A DNA stretch of 64,000 bases from Anaerolineales bacterium (GTDB lineage Bacteria > Chloroflexota > Anaerolineae > Anaerolineales > E44-bin32): the NCBI GenBank assembly GCA_036397095.1, contig DASWJQ010000057.1, positions 3,399 through 67,398 on the forward strand. The letters run 5' to 3'. The notes below the pieces were generated by a model. It worked only from the letters and a program-made list of their open reading frames with translations. It made no database searches and was not told the origin of the DNA. Every line of letters starts with the position of its first letter. Position 1 is the first letter of the stretch. The position numbers were made by a program, and so were the translations under genes. Positions 56,150-64,000 of this stretch are shown piece after piece.

Positions 56150-58624
56150 ATGATGCGATTCGACCGTTTCACAGAACGGGCACAGGATGCGGCGCAACGC
56201 GCCGCTGAGATTATTCAACGCTACGGCCACAACCAGATTGATACGGAACACATCTTGCTGGCCCTGATCGAGCAACCGCAGGGCGTGATTCCGCAGATTC
56301 TGGACCGCATGAACATTGATCTCGATGTACTTTCGGACCGGATTGACGACCAGCTGCGCAATAGCCCCAAAGCCAACATTTACGGCGGTGGCGCCGGCCA
56401 GATCTTCATCACGCCGCGCGTCAAGCGCGTGGTCGATATGGCCAATGAAGAGGCCAACCGCCTCCATGACGAGTTCATATCCACCGAACACATCTTTCTG
56501 GCCATCCTGTCGGAGCGCAACACAGCCGTTGCCCGCCTGCTGTCCGAAGAGGGCATCACCAAGGAGCGGGTATATGACGCGATCAAGGAATTGCGTGGCG
56601 GACAGCGAGTCACCGACCGCAAGGCTGAGTCACGCTACCGAACGCTCGAAAAATACTCGCGCGACCTGACTGCGTCGGCCAAGGAAGGTAAGCTCGATCC
56701 CGTCATCGGCCGCGACGAAGAAATCCTGCGCGTCATTCAAATCCTGTCGCGCCGCACCAAGAACAACCCGGTGCTGATCGGCGAGGCAGGCGTTGGCAAG
56801 ACGGCCATTGTTGAGGGTCTGGCCCAAAAGATAAGCAGCAATGATGTCCCTGAGATCCTGATGGGCAAGCGGGTGGTGCAGCTCGACTTGGGTGCCATGA
56901 TCGCCGGATCGCGTTTCCGAGGCGAGTTCGAAGAGCGGCTCAAGGCCTCCATCGAGGAGATTCAACGGTCTGAAGGCGAGATCATCCTGATGATCGACGA
57001 GCTGCATACGGTGATCGGCGCCGGTTCGGCCCAGGGTGCGATGGACGCCTCCAACATGCTCAAGCCCGCCCTGGCACGCGGCGAATTACAGACGATCGGC
57101 GCCACCACGCTCGACGAGTATCAGCGCTACATTGAGAAGGACGCCGCCCTCGAACGCCGTTTTGCTCCCGTCTACATTGAAGAACCGACTGTTGATGAGA
57201 CCATTGAAATGCTGCGGGGCCTGCGTGATCGCTACGAGGCTCACCACAAGGTCCATTTTTCCGACCAGGCACTGATCGCGGCGGCCAAGCTGTCGCACAG
57301 ATATGTTTCGGGGCGGGCGCTGCCGGACAAGGCGATTGACCTGATTGACGAAGCCGCCGCCAAGCTGCGTATTGCGCTGTACTCGCTGCCGTCCGACCTG
57401 AAAGAACTGAAGAGCGAGATCGACCGACTGACGGCCGAGGAGGAGCAGGCCGGCGTCGAGCGCGACTACGAACGGGCCGCCGAGAAGAAGGCCCAGCGTT
57501 TGCGGGTCGAGAGCGAGTTCCAGGAGAAGCGCAACGCCTGGGAGCAAGAGCACCAACTTGACGAAGTGGTCGATGAGCCCGATATCGCCGAAGTGGTGGC
57601 TCAGTGGACTGGGATCCCGGTCAACCAGATGCTTGAAACCGAGGCCGAGAAGCTGCTGCAGATGGAAGACCGGCTGCATGAGCGCATCATCGGCCAGGAC
57701 GAAGCCATTCACGCCCTGTCCGACGCCATCCGGCGGGCACGTGCTGGCCTGAAGGACCCGCGCCGGCCGATCGGTTCGTTCATCTTTCTCGGCTCCTCCG
57801 GTGTGGGCAAGACCGAAATGGCCAAGGCCTTGGCCGAGTTCCTGTTCGACGATGAAGACGCGCTGGTGCGTGTAGACATGAGCGAGTACCGCGAGCAACA
57901 CAACGTATCGCGGCTGTTCGGCGCTCCCCCAGGTTACGTCGGATATGAGGAGGGCGGCCAGCTGTCGGAAGCCGTCCGCCGGCGCCCCTACCGCTTGATC
58001 CTGTTTGATGAAATCGAAAAAGCCCACCCCGAGGTCTGGAACGCATTGCTTCAGATCCTTGACGACGGCCGCCTGACTGACGGCCAGGGCCGCATCGTCG
58101 ATTTCCGCAACACCGTCCTGATCATGACCTCCAACCTGGGGACGGAATTCGTCACCAAAGCCGGCTCCCTCGGCTTCCTGCGGGCCGAGGACAAGGGTGA
58201 AAGCGAAGCCCACAGCAAGATTGAGAAGGCCTTGCGCGACACCTTCCGACCCGAGTTCCTCAACCGCATTGACGAGATCATCATCTTCTCGCCGCTGTCG
58301 ATCGAGCAGATGAACGATATCGTCAAGCTGCAGATGGAGGAGATTCAGGAGCGGATGGACGAGCACGGCCTGACCGTCCAGCTATCGGACGCCGCCCAGG
58401 CCTGGCTGGCCGAAGAAGGTTACGACCCGGCCTTTGGCGCCCGGCCGCTGCGGCGGGCGCTCCAAAAGCACGTCGAGAGTCCGCTTTCGATCAAGCTGCT
58501 CAAGGGTGAGTTCAGCGAAGGCGATACGATCCTGGTTGACTTCGATGAGAAAGCGGCGACGCTAGTGTTCGATCGTCAAGCCTCAAGCCATCCGGTCGAG
58601 GTGACGGAAGAGGTTTCCGCTTAA
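56150..58624 (+). CDS. clpC: ATP-dependent Clp protease ATPase, ClpC type
   Basis: Two Clp-N repeats (TEHI), [17 protein letters not shown], short middle coiled coil, [33 protein letters not shown]; 824 aa. Confidence 0.93.
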   Translation: MMRFDRFTERAQDAAQRAAEIIQRYGHNQIDTEHILLALIEQPQGVIPQILDRMNIDLDVLSDRIDDQLRNSPKANIYGGGAGQIFITPRVKRVVDMANEEANRLHDEFISTEHIFLAILSERNTAVARLLSEEGITKERVYDAIKELRGGQRVTDRKAESRYRTLEKYSRDLTASAKEGKLDPVIGRDEEILRVIQILSRRTKNNPVLIGEAGVGKTAIVEGLAQKISSNDVPEILMGKRVVQLDLGAMIAGSRFRGEFEERLKASIEEIQRSEGEIILMIDELHTVIGAGSAQGAMDASNMLKPALARGELQTIGATTLDEYQRYIEKDAALERRFAPVYIEEPTVDETIEMLRGLRDRYEAHHKVHFSDQALIAAAKLSHRYVSGRALPDKAIDLIDEAAAKLRIALYSLPSDLKELKSEIDRLTAEEEQAGVERDYERAAEKKAQRLRVESEFQEKRNAWEQEHQLDEVVDEPDIAEVVAQWTGIPVNQMLETEAEKLLQMEDRLHERIIGQDEAIHALSDAIRRARAGLKDPRRPIGSFIFLGSSGVGKTEMAKALAEFLFDDEDALVRVDMSEYREQHNVSRLFGAPPGYVGYEEGGQLSEAVRRRPYRLILFDEIEKAHPEVWNALLQILDDGRLTDGQGRIVDFRNTVLIMTSNLGTEFVTKAGSLGFLRAEDKGESEAHSKIEKALRDTFRPEFLNRIDEIIIFSPLSIEQMNDIVKLQMEEIQERMDEHGLTVQLSDAAQAWLAEEGYDPAFGARPLRRALQKHVESPLSIKLLKGEFSEGDTILVDFDEKAATLVFDRQASSHPVEVTEEVSA

Positions 58625-58635
58625 CGACTCAAATC

Positions 58636-58777
58636 GACCTCCGAGGTTCGCGGCAGTTTGTCTTCATGACAAACAACCTCATGCGGACCTCCGATGTCAG
58701 TTGCTGTTCTTCTTGACCCCGGCGGTCCGCACGGGGGGGAGTTTCGAATTCAGAAGAATCTTTGCGGACCCCCGGGG
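58636..58777. repeat. Cluster of four degenerate GACCTCCGAGGT-like palindromic motifs
   Basis: Copies at 58636, 58686, 58717 (inverted) and 58767, between convergent genes. Confidence 0.5.
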
Positions 58778-58790
58778 CCGTAAGACCACC

Positions 58791-58997
58791 TTACTTCGGC
58801 AGCCGCGACCTCAACTCCGTTGGATCCAAGTACATTTCAATGAAGCCGCATTCGAGGCATGCGCGCGCCCGCCGAACGCGGGTCGTCACCTTCAACATGC
58901 CTTGTTGCTGCCCCGAGACATAACCGAGCGTATCACCAACGCTCATATGGCCCTCATCCATTTCACCCTTACAGTGCTGACAGCTTTCGCCGGCCAT
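58791..58997 (-). CDS. Small zinc-ribbon protein (68 aa)
   Basis: CQHC..EM.EG and A.ACLECG.IE.Y; SD GGAG upstream. Confidence 0.75.
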   Translation of the reverse strand: MAGESCQHCKGEMDEGHMSVGDTLGYVSGQQQGMLKVTTRVRRARACLECGFIEMYLDPTELRSRLPK

Positions 58998-59036
58998 GGT
59001 TCTTCTCCCATTAAAACGTCGGATCGACAGACCCAG

Positions 59037-60782
59037 CTAGCCGGCCAACTCCACCGCCTTCTTCTGGATCTCGGCTTCCGCCAATAGTCCGCGTGCGCTC
59101 TCCAAATTGGGCTCAGTGGTGCCACCCAGCATCAGCGCCAGTTCTTCGACCCGGGCCTCGCCCTCCAACCGCCGAACCTGGGTCTCGGTCCGGCCAGCTT
59201 CGACTGCCTTCTCCACCCGATAATGACGATCGCCGAAGGCCGCCAGCTGAGGCAAGTGGGTGATGCACAGCACCTGGTGCCCGCCGGCCAGCACCGACAG
59301 CTTGTGCCCCACGACAGCGCCAACCCGGCCCCCGATACCCTGGTCGATTTCGTCGAATATCAGGGTCGGTGTCTCATCGGCCTTTGCCAGGACCCCTTTC
59401 AAGCCAAGCATGAGACGCGAGGTCTCACCGCCCGAGGCTGTTTTGACCAACGGCTTTAGACCCTCGCCTGGATTTGGCGCCACCAGGAACTCAACCTGAT
59501 CCAGCCCGCTTGGGCCAAAAGCAACCCGCTGATCGCCAACCGGTGCGCCTGCCGGCTGTTGCTGCCACTCCTGTTCGACGGCAAACTCGGCGCCGGCCAT
59601 GTTCAAGTCCTGCAGCTCGGCCCCCACCGCAGCCGCCATCCGTTCGGCCGCCAGCCGCCGCACTTGTGACAGGTCCGCCCCCAGGCGGCTAATCTGGAGC
59701 AGGCTGTCTTCCACCAGTTGGCTCAACTCCGCCAGGCGCTCTTCAGCATGGGTAATCTCATCCAGCTCCTGGCGCGCCTGTTGTGCATGAACCAGCACGT
59801 GCTCGATACTGCCGCCGTACTTGCGCTTCAGTCCCTGGATGGCCGTCAGCCGCTCTTGAACCTCGTCCAGCCGTGTCGGGTGAAATTCCACCGTCTCGCG
59901 GTAGTCACGCAACCGGCGGGAGAGATCGATCAGCTGCTCCAGCAGTACTTGCGACTCGTCGTGGACTTCCTTTAACGATGGATCGACCGCCGCCAGCTCG
60001 CCGACTGATTCGACGGCCTCACCTAGCAGGTCACCGGCCGCTGGCCGGCCCTGCAGACCCTCGGTTAGTGCGGCGACCGCCCCTTCCGCCAGCGCCGACA
60101 GTTTCTCGGCGTTGGCCAACCGGGTCCGCTCTGCCTCCAATTGCTCGTCCTCACCAGGTTTCAGCTTGGCGACCTCGATCTCCTCGACCTGAAACGTAAG
60201 ATAGTCCGCCCGCTGCGCCGCGTCACGCTCGCGCTGGCGCAACCGCTCCAGCTCGGACTGCGCCTGACGCCACTGCTCGTAGACCGCCTGATAGGCAGCC
60301 AGGGGCTCTTCGACCTCGGCGTAGCGGTCCAGCAGCGCAAGGTGCTGGCGCACCGTGAGCAGGCTCAGGTGCTCAGACTGGCCATGGACGTCCACGAGCT
60401 GGTCCCCCAATTGGCGGAGCAGGCTCAGTGGCACCACGCGACCGTTGACCCGGCATACATTGCGCCCTTCGCTGCGGATCTCGCGGCTCAGGTGGATCTC
60501 GCCAGCGCCGTCAGCTTCGAGCAGTTCCTCCCCCGCCAGAATGGCCACCACCGCCTCCTTGGCCGGCGGCATAAGCTCGAAGCGTGCCTCGAGCAGGGCG
60601 ACCTCCGCACCGCTGCGGACCATGGTGTTCTCGGCCCGCCCGCCGATCAGCAGCTCGACGGCATCGATAATGATCGACTTGCCGGCGCCGGTCTCTCCGG
60701 TGAAGATCATTAAGCCGCGGTCGAAGGACAGCGTCAGCTGACGAATGATGGCAAAATCACGGATGCGCAGTTCGGCCAACAT
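59037..60782 (-). CDS. recN: DNA repair protein RecN
   Basis: TGETGAGKS, VHGQ.EH, ASGGE.SR, LIFDEID.GIGG, QVLCITHLPQ.AA. Confidence 0.97.
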   Translation of the reverse strand: MLAELRIRDFAIIRQLTLSFDRGLMIFTGETGAGKSIIIDAVELLIGGRAENTMVRSGAEVALLEARFELMPPAKEAVVAILAGEELLEADGAGEIHLSREIRSEGRNVCRVNGRVVPLSLLRQLGDQLVDVHGQSEHLSLLTVRQHLALLDRYAEVEEPLAAYQAVYEQWRQAQSELERLRQRERDAAQRADYLTFQVEEIEVAKLKPGEDEQLEAERTRLANAEKLSALAEGAVAALTEGLQGRPAAGDLLGEAVESVGELAAVDPSLKEVHDESQVLLEQLIDLSRRLRDYRETVEFHPTRLDEVQERLTAIQGLKRKYGGSIEHVLVHAQQARQELDEITHAEERLAELSQLVEDSLLQISRLGADLSQVRRLAAERMAAAVGAELQDLNMAGAEFAVEQEWQQQPAGAPVGDQRVAFGPSGLDQVEFLVAPNPGEGLKPLVKTASGGETSRLMLGLKGVLAKADETPTLIFDEIDQGIGGRVGAVVGHKLSVLAGGHQVLCITHLPQLAAFGDRHYRVEKAVEAGRTETQVRRLEGEARVEELALMLGGTTEPNLESARGLLAEAEIQKKAVELAG

Positions 60783-60787
60783 GATGG

Positions 60788-61330
60788 CTACCGGAGTTGG
60801 ATGCCCCCCAAGCGTGCGTACAGACTGCTGATGGCGATGGCGGCGTAGGCCAGCGGCCAGATAAAGCTGAGGCCGACGGCCCCAAGCATCTCCAGACCAC
60901 CGCCCGCCCCCAGCAGCAGGCCGGCGCTAGCCAGCGGCAGCAACAAATGCGGCACGGCGCCGATAGCGGCGCCGATGGCTGCCGCCTGCGGCAGCCGGCG
61001 GCTGCGCCGCCGCCGCACCAGCCAGCGCACGACTTCGGCCACGCCACCGCCGAGCACCGGCGCCAACAGCAGCCCGAAAATGCCAAGGAACGAGAGCAGG
61101 CCAATTCCTATGCCCATGCCAATCGAACTGACAATCACCGCCACAAGGTAGTCGCCCCGCTGCGCCGTGTCAAAGATCTTCTGCTGGCCGCGGACACACT
61201 CCGGACAGCGATAGCCGACCGGCGTCCGGATGGCGCAACCGCTGCAAATGGGTTTGCCGCAGCGATTGCAACGCAGGGTGGTCTCGCGGCTGGGATGGTT
61301 GGCACAGGTCAGAATGCCTTCCGCCATCAT
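60788..61330 (-). CDS. B-box-type zinc-finger membrane protein
   Basis: CANHP.RET.LRCNRCGKPIC..C....PVGYRCPEC followed by TM segments. Confidence 0.85.
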   Translation of the reverse strand: MMAEGILTCANHPSRETTLRCNRCGKPICSGCAIRTPVGYRCPECVRGQQKIFDTAQRGDYLVAVIVSSIGMGIGIGLLSFLGIFGLLLAPVLGGGVAEVVRWLVRRRRSRRLPQAAAIGAAIGAVPHLLLPLASAGLLLGAGGGLEMLGAVGLSFIWPLAYAAIAISSLYARLGGIQLR

Positions 61331-62196
61331 TCTCCTCCCTGCGTGTGAACCTGGTTCATGAAGGTCTTCAAATTGTGGAAAAAGTAGCTTGGATCCTGCA
61401 AGCGGACAAACAACGCATCTTGCGGACTGCTGGCGATATGGATCACGTCGTGGACGACCAGCGCCTGGCGCACCTGCCCGTCGCAGCTCAAATCGGCTTC
61501 TTCCTCGGACAAGAGCTCCAGCCGCACGGCGCTGCCCTCGGCCAGCACGATCGCCCGATCGACCGAAAGATGCGGGGCCACCGGAACCAGCAGCAAATTG
61601 CGCATCTCAGGGGGAAGGATGGGCCCGCCGGCGGCCAGTGCGTAGGCGGTCGAGCCGGTGGCCGATGAGCAGATCAGGGCATCGGCGACGTAGGTAGCCA
61701 GGTAGCGATTATCCACTTCAGCCTGTAGCCGGATCGGACGGGCCGTCCGCCCGCGGCCAACGACAACTTCATTCAGAGCGCTACCAGCTTCCAGCCGCCG
61801 ACCCTGGCGCTCCAGGTCAACCGTAAGCCGCATGCGGCGTTCCAGCCAGTAGTCACCGGCCAATACTCGGTCAAGCGCTGGCCGCCAGTTGTCGCGTGCC
61901 ACTTCGATTAGGAAACCTACTCGACCCAAGTTGATGCCCAGCACCGGAATGCCGTTGGTGGCCCCCAGTTCGCCGGCTTTGAGCATTGTGCCGTCGCCGC
62001 CCAAGGCGATCAGCAAGTCGACTTCTCCGGAGCCTAGCCAGGCGCCGAAATCCGGATCGGCCAGCCCGCCCTGCCGCGCCCGCCGGCCCCCGGCCTCCAG
62101 CAGCTTGCCAATTTCGCTGGCCAGCTGGCGCGATTGCTCGACCTCGGGGTTGAGCGAGAGAGCGATTGTCTGCGGACCGACAGGATCAGGGGTCAT
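61327..62196 (-). CDS. nadK: NAD+ kinase
   Basis: LGGDGTML, GINLG.VGFL, ALNE, TGSTAY.LAAGGPI. Confidence 0.96.
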   Translation of the reverse strand: MTPDPVGPQTIALSLNPEVEQSRQLASEIGKLLEAGGRRARQGGLADPDFGAWLGSGEVDLLIALGGDGTMLKAGELGATNGIPVLGINLGRVGFLIEVARDNWRPALDRVLAGDYWLERRMRLTVDLERQGRRLEAGSALNEVVVGRGRTARPIRLQAEVDNRYLATYVADALICSSATGSTAYALAAGGPILPPEMRNLLLVPVAPHLSVDRAIVLAEGSAVRLELLSEEEADLSCDGQVRQALVVHDVIHIASSPQDALFVRLQDPSYFFHNLKTFMNQVHTQGGE

Positions 62197-62203
62197 AACG
62201 GCT

Positions 62204-62209
62204 ATTATA
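62204..62209 (-). promoter_or_regulatory. -10 box of the nadK-recN operon (leaderless)
   Basis: Minus strand TATAAT-AGCCGTT-ATG (7-nt spacer); no SD. Confidence 0.6.
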
Positions 62210-62236
62210 TGCTTCGCTCGCCGGCGTTCCGATCGG

Positions 62237-62743
62237 CTACACCAGCCGTTGGTCGCAATGATCGGCGTGACCGCAAGCGCGGCAGCGGGCGGCCGATTGA
62301 TGCGAACGGTTGGGCAGACGGTCGCTGGCGCGCAACACAGTGAGCGCCTCGAGGAGTTCGGCTGTCAGCGACTCGGAGTAGCGAAGCTCGAAGGACCGAT
62401 CCTGGTAGCGGATCACACCGAAGGCCGGCCGGCGGCCTAGGTCGGCCTCGACCAGACGACAGTAGGCCGCCAATTGGAGCCGATGGCCGGGGTAAGGGTG
62501 GGCCGGCGCCGGACCCGACTTCACCTCAACCGGGATCAAGCCGTCAGCCGCCTCAATCAAATAATCGGGCCGCCCGGCCAGGCCCAGTTCGGCATCAAAC
62601 AGCGTTCGGTCCGTCCGGCTGGCATCGGCCATGTCCTGGTAGCGCAGCGCACCAGCCGGCAACCCGCTGGCCTGGCGGCCGCGGCGGGCCAGCCAGAGTA
62701 ACAGCAGCCCGAGCAGGGCAACCAGCAGTGGCAGCGCGCTCAC
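62237..62743 (-). CDS. Cas4-like PD-(D/E)XK nuclease, C-terminal half, with an N-terminal TM helix
   Basis: GTG start at 62743; TM LPLLVALLGLLLLWLA; L.GRPDY, PVEVKS, QLAAY, C-terminal CRAC.....C. Confidence 0.85.
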   Translation of the reverse strand: MSALPLLVALLGLLLLWLARRGRQASGLPAGALRYQDMADASRTDRTLFDAELGLAGRPDYLIEAADGLIPVEVKSGPAPAHPYPGHRLQLAAYCRLVEADLGRRPAFGVIRYQDRSFELRYSESLTAELLEALTVLRASDRLPNRSHQSAARCRACGHADHCDQRLV

Positions 62744-62982
62744 GAAATCAGCGGTCCCAACCACGAACTGATCGCCAGCATCAGGGCGAGCAGCAACAGG
62801 ACCCAGCCGGCCAGCCGCAGCCAAGCGGCTCGGTTGACTCGGCGGCCATGCACTTCGTGCCATCGACGGCCAGCTTCGAGCCGGGCCGAGTCGGCCACCA
62901 TGCCGGCCAGCGTGTAGCCCCAGGCCCGCCGGCAGAAGTCGTAGCTGGCCAATTCCGAAGCCTGGATGATCCGCCGGGCCAT
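62740..62982 (-). CDS. Cas4-like N-terminal half with a C-terminal TM helix
   Basis: IQASELASYDFCRRAWGY...GRRWH is the Cas4 N-terminal S....Y..C.R and G...H motif, followed by TM WVLLLLALMLAISSWL. Confidence 0.78.
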   Translation of the reverse strand: MARRIIQASELASYDFCRRAWGYTLAGMVADSARLEAGRRWHEVHGRRVNRAAWLRLAGWVLLLLALMLAISSWLGPLIS

Positions 62983-62983
62983 G

Positions 62984-63628
62984 TCAGGCGCCTGCGTCGC
63001 GTTCCTCGGCCCGCTTGAGCGCGCCGCGCAGGCGGTGCTGCTGCCAGCTAGTCGTCAGGTCACCGCGGGTTCGTTCCGTCACGCCCCGGACCATGTCGGT
63101 CAAGCGGCGCAGACCCTGGGTGATTGCGTCTGGGAAGTCGATCGTGACCAGCAAACCGTAGATTTCGTCCATTTGGGCCAGCAGACGTTCAGCTTCTTCG
63201 TAGCGGTCGGCCCGCAGGATATCCAGCACCCGGCGCCGCAGCTCGCCGGCCGCCTCGGCCATCCCTGCCAGATAGGCTGCCGGCTCGACGTCCAGTGTCT
63301 GTGGCGTTGGCATCGGCTGGCTGGCCACAATCGCCCGCACCAGATTGGCCTCGGCGTACTCCTTGAGACCATCCTGGGTGTAACCGGCGTAGTACAGATC
63401 GGGATGGGGCTCGAGATCCTGGCGCAGCCCGTCAACCAGTCGCTTGGCTTGCTCGAGTTCGTCATCGGCCGCTTGCCACTCGTCGCGGTGGACCGCCCGG
63501 ATGGCGGTCGAGCAGTGACGGATCAGCGTCCGCGATTGGCGTAAGGCCTGGTCGCGGACCGCGTTCTTGGCTTCGAACCCCTGGCGGATGTCTTCAACAA
63601 TGCTCTCGAGCGTGGAAGATTCGGCCAT
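62984..63628 (-). CDS. Translin/TRAX-family protein
   Basis: RD.AL..SR..IR....AI...HR, Q...KEYAEA, YL.G.AEA.GELRR, LRR..D..R; all-helical, 214 aa. Confidence 0.85.
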   Translation of the reverse strand: MAESSTLESIVEDIRQGFEAKNAVRDQALRQSRTLIRHCSTAIRAVHRDEWQAADDELEQAKRLVDGLRQDLEPHPDLYYAGYTQDGLKEYAEANLVRAIVASQPMPTPQTLDVEPAAYLAGMAEAAGELRRRVLDILRADRYEEAERLLAQMDEIYGLLVTIDFPDAITQGLRRLTDMVRGVTERTRGDLTTSWQQHRLRGALKRAEERDAGA

Positions 63629-63631
63629 CGG

Positions 63632-63979
63632 CTAGGCCTCGGGCTCGCCGGTCTCTTCCGAGCCGGTTTCGCCGCGCCGGAACAATTGATCGGCCAGCGT
63701 GATGCCGTGTGGAATCTTGATCTCGCCGTGTTCAGTCTCGAAGCGCGTCAGGTGCTCGGCTAGTGCTCGCTGCAGCAGCTTGGCGTTGATCGGCGTCATA
63801 ACGACACGCGTTCTGACCCTGGCCTCGGGTACCTGTGGCATGACCTGCGCCAGGTCGATGACAATCTCCGACGGGGAGTGCGTGATCAACGCCAGGTTGG
63901 CGTAGGTCGGTTCGAGCCCGGCGGGGATATTCACCTTGAGACGGCCAGCCGGCTGCGGTTGCTTGGCATCGGGAGTCAT
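63632..63979 (-). CDS. DUF3467-family protein
   Basis: YANLALITHSPSEIVIDLAQ..P...A.V..RVVMTP..AK.L..AL......FE...GEI. Confidence 0.85.
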   Translation of the reverse strand: MTPDAKQPQPAGRLKVNIPAGLEPTYANLALITHSPSEIVIDLAQVMPQVPEARVRTRVVMTPINAKLLQRALAEHLTRFETEHGEIKIPHGITLADQLFRRGETGSEETGEPEA

Positions 63980-64000
63980 CGGTGCTCTCCGTCCAGGAAT

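Noticed and set aside
5230..58366. Long antisense ORFs (e.g. 5230-6708, 19088-20377, 24688-25962, 26435-28024, 57086-58366)
   Set aside because: They are mirror frames of well-supported genes in a GC-rich genome and show no motifs of their own.
62237..62982. CRISPR-Cas locus
   Set aside because: No cas1, cas2 or effector genes and no repeat-spacer array anywhere in the window; only a solo Cas4-like nuclease.

Overview
A GC-rich bacterial chromosomal segment. The gene set (bacterial translin, sortase-fused giant adhesin, Pro/Thr-rich lipoproteins, orphan TadE/TadG genes) suggests Chloroflexota, probably Anaerolineae; this is inference. From left to right it holds: the end of a sugar ABC permease; a broken methylmalonate-semialdehyde dehydrogenase; a CsbD-like gene; an MtfA peptidase; a GAF-PP2C phosphatase coupled to a kinase-AAA-TPR protein; a fatty-acid hydroxylase; and a PspC/Lia-like envelope-stress operon. 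Next is a ~19.5 kb co-oriented catabolic cluster: Mo-hydroxylase, two deaminases, nucleoside ABC transporter, Na+-pumping (methyl)malonyl-CoA decarboxylase, FdrA, DUF1116, cyclase, GNAT and BioY. The rest is lhgO, a nonsense-interrupted patatin, an aldo/keto reductase, an ECF sigma module, thrC-thrB, mutY, a ~2,760-aa isopeptide-repeat adhesin carrying its own LPATG motif and sortase, a c-di-GMP-I riboswitch ahead of tadE-tadE-tadG, clpC, recN and nadK. The window ends with a DUF3467-translin-split Cas4 unit. The three best candidates for undescribed biology are (1) a putative oxidative pyrimidine or other N-heterocycle degradation pathway wired to a sodium pump, (2) a Cas4-like nuclease split into two membrane-anchored halves next to a translin/TRAX RNase, and (3) a self-sorting adhesin-sortase fusion. 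No CRISPR array, rRNA, complete tRNA or transposase was seen. All calls come from motif reading; no database search was run.
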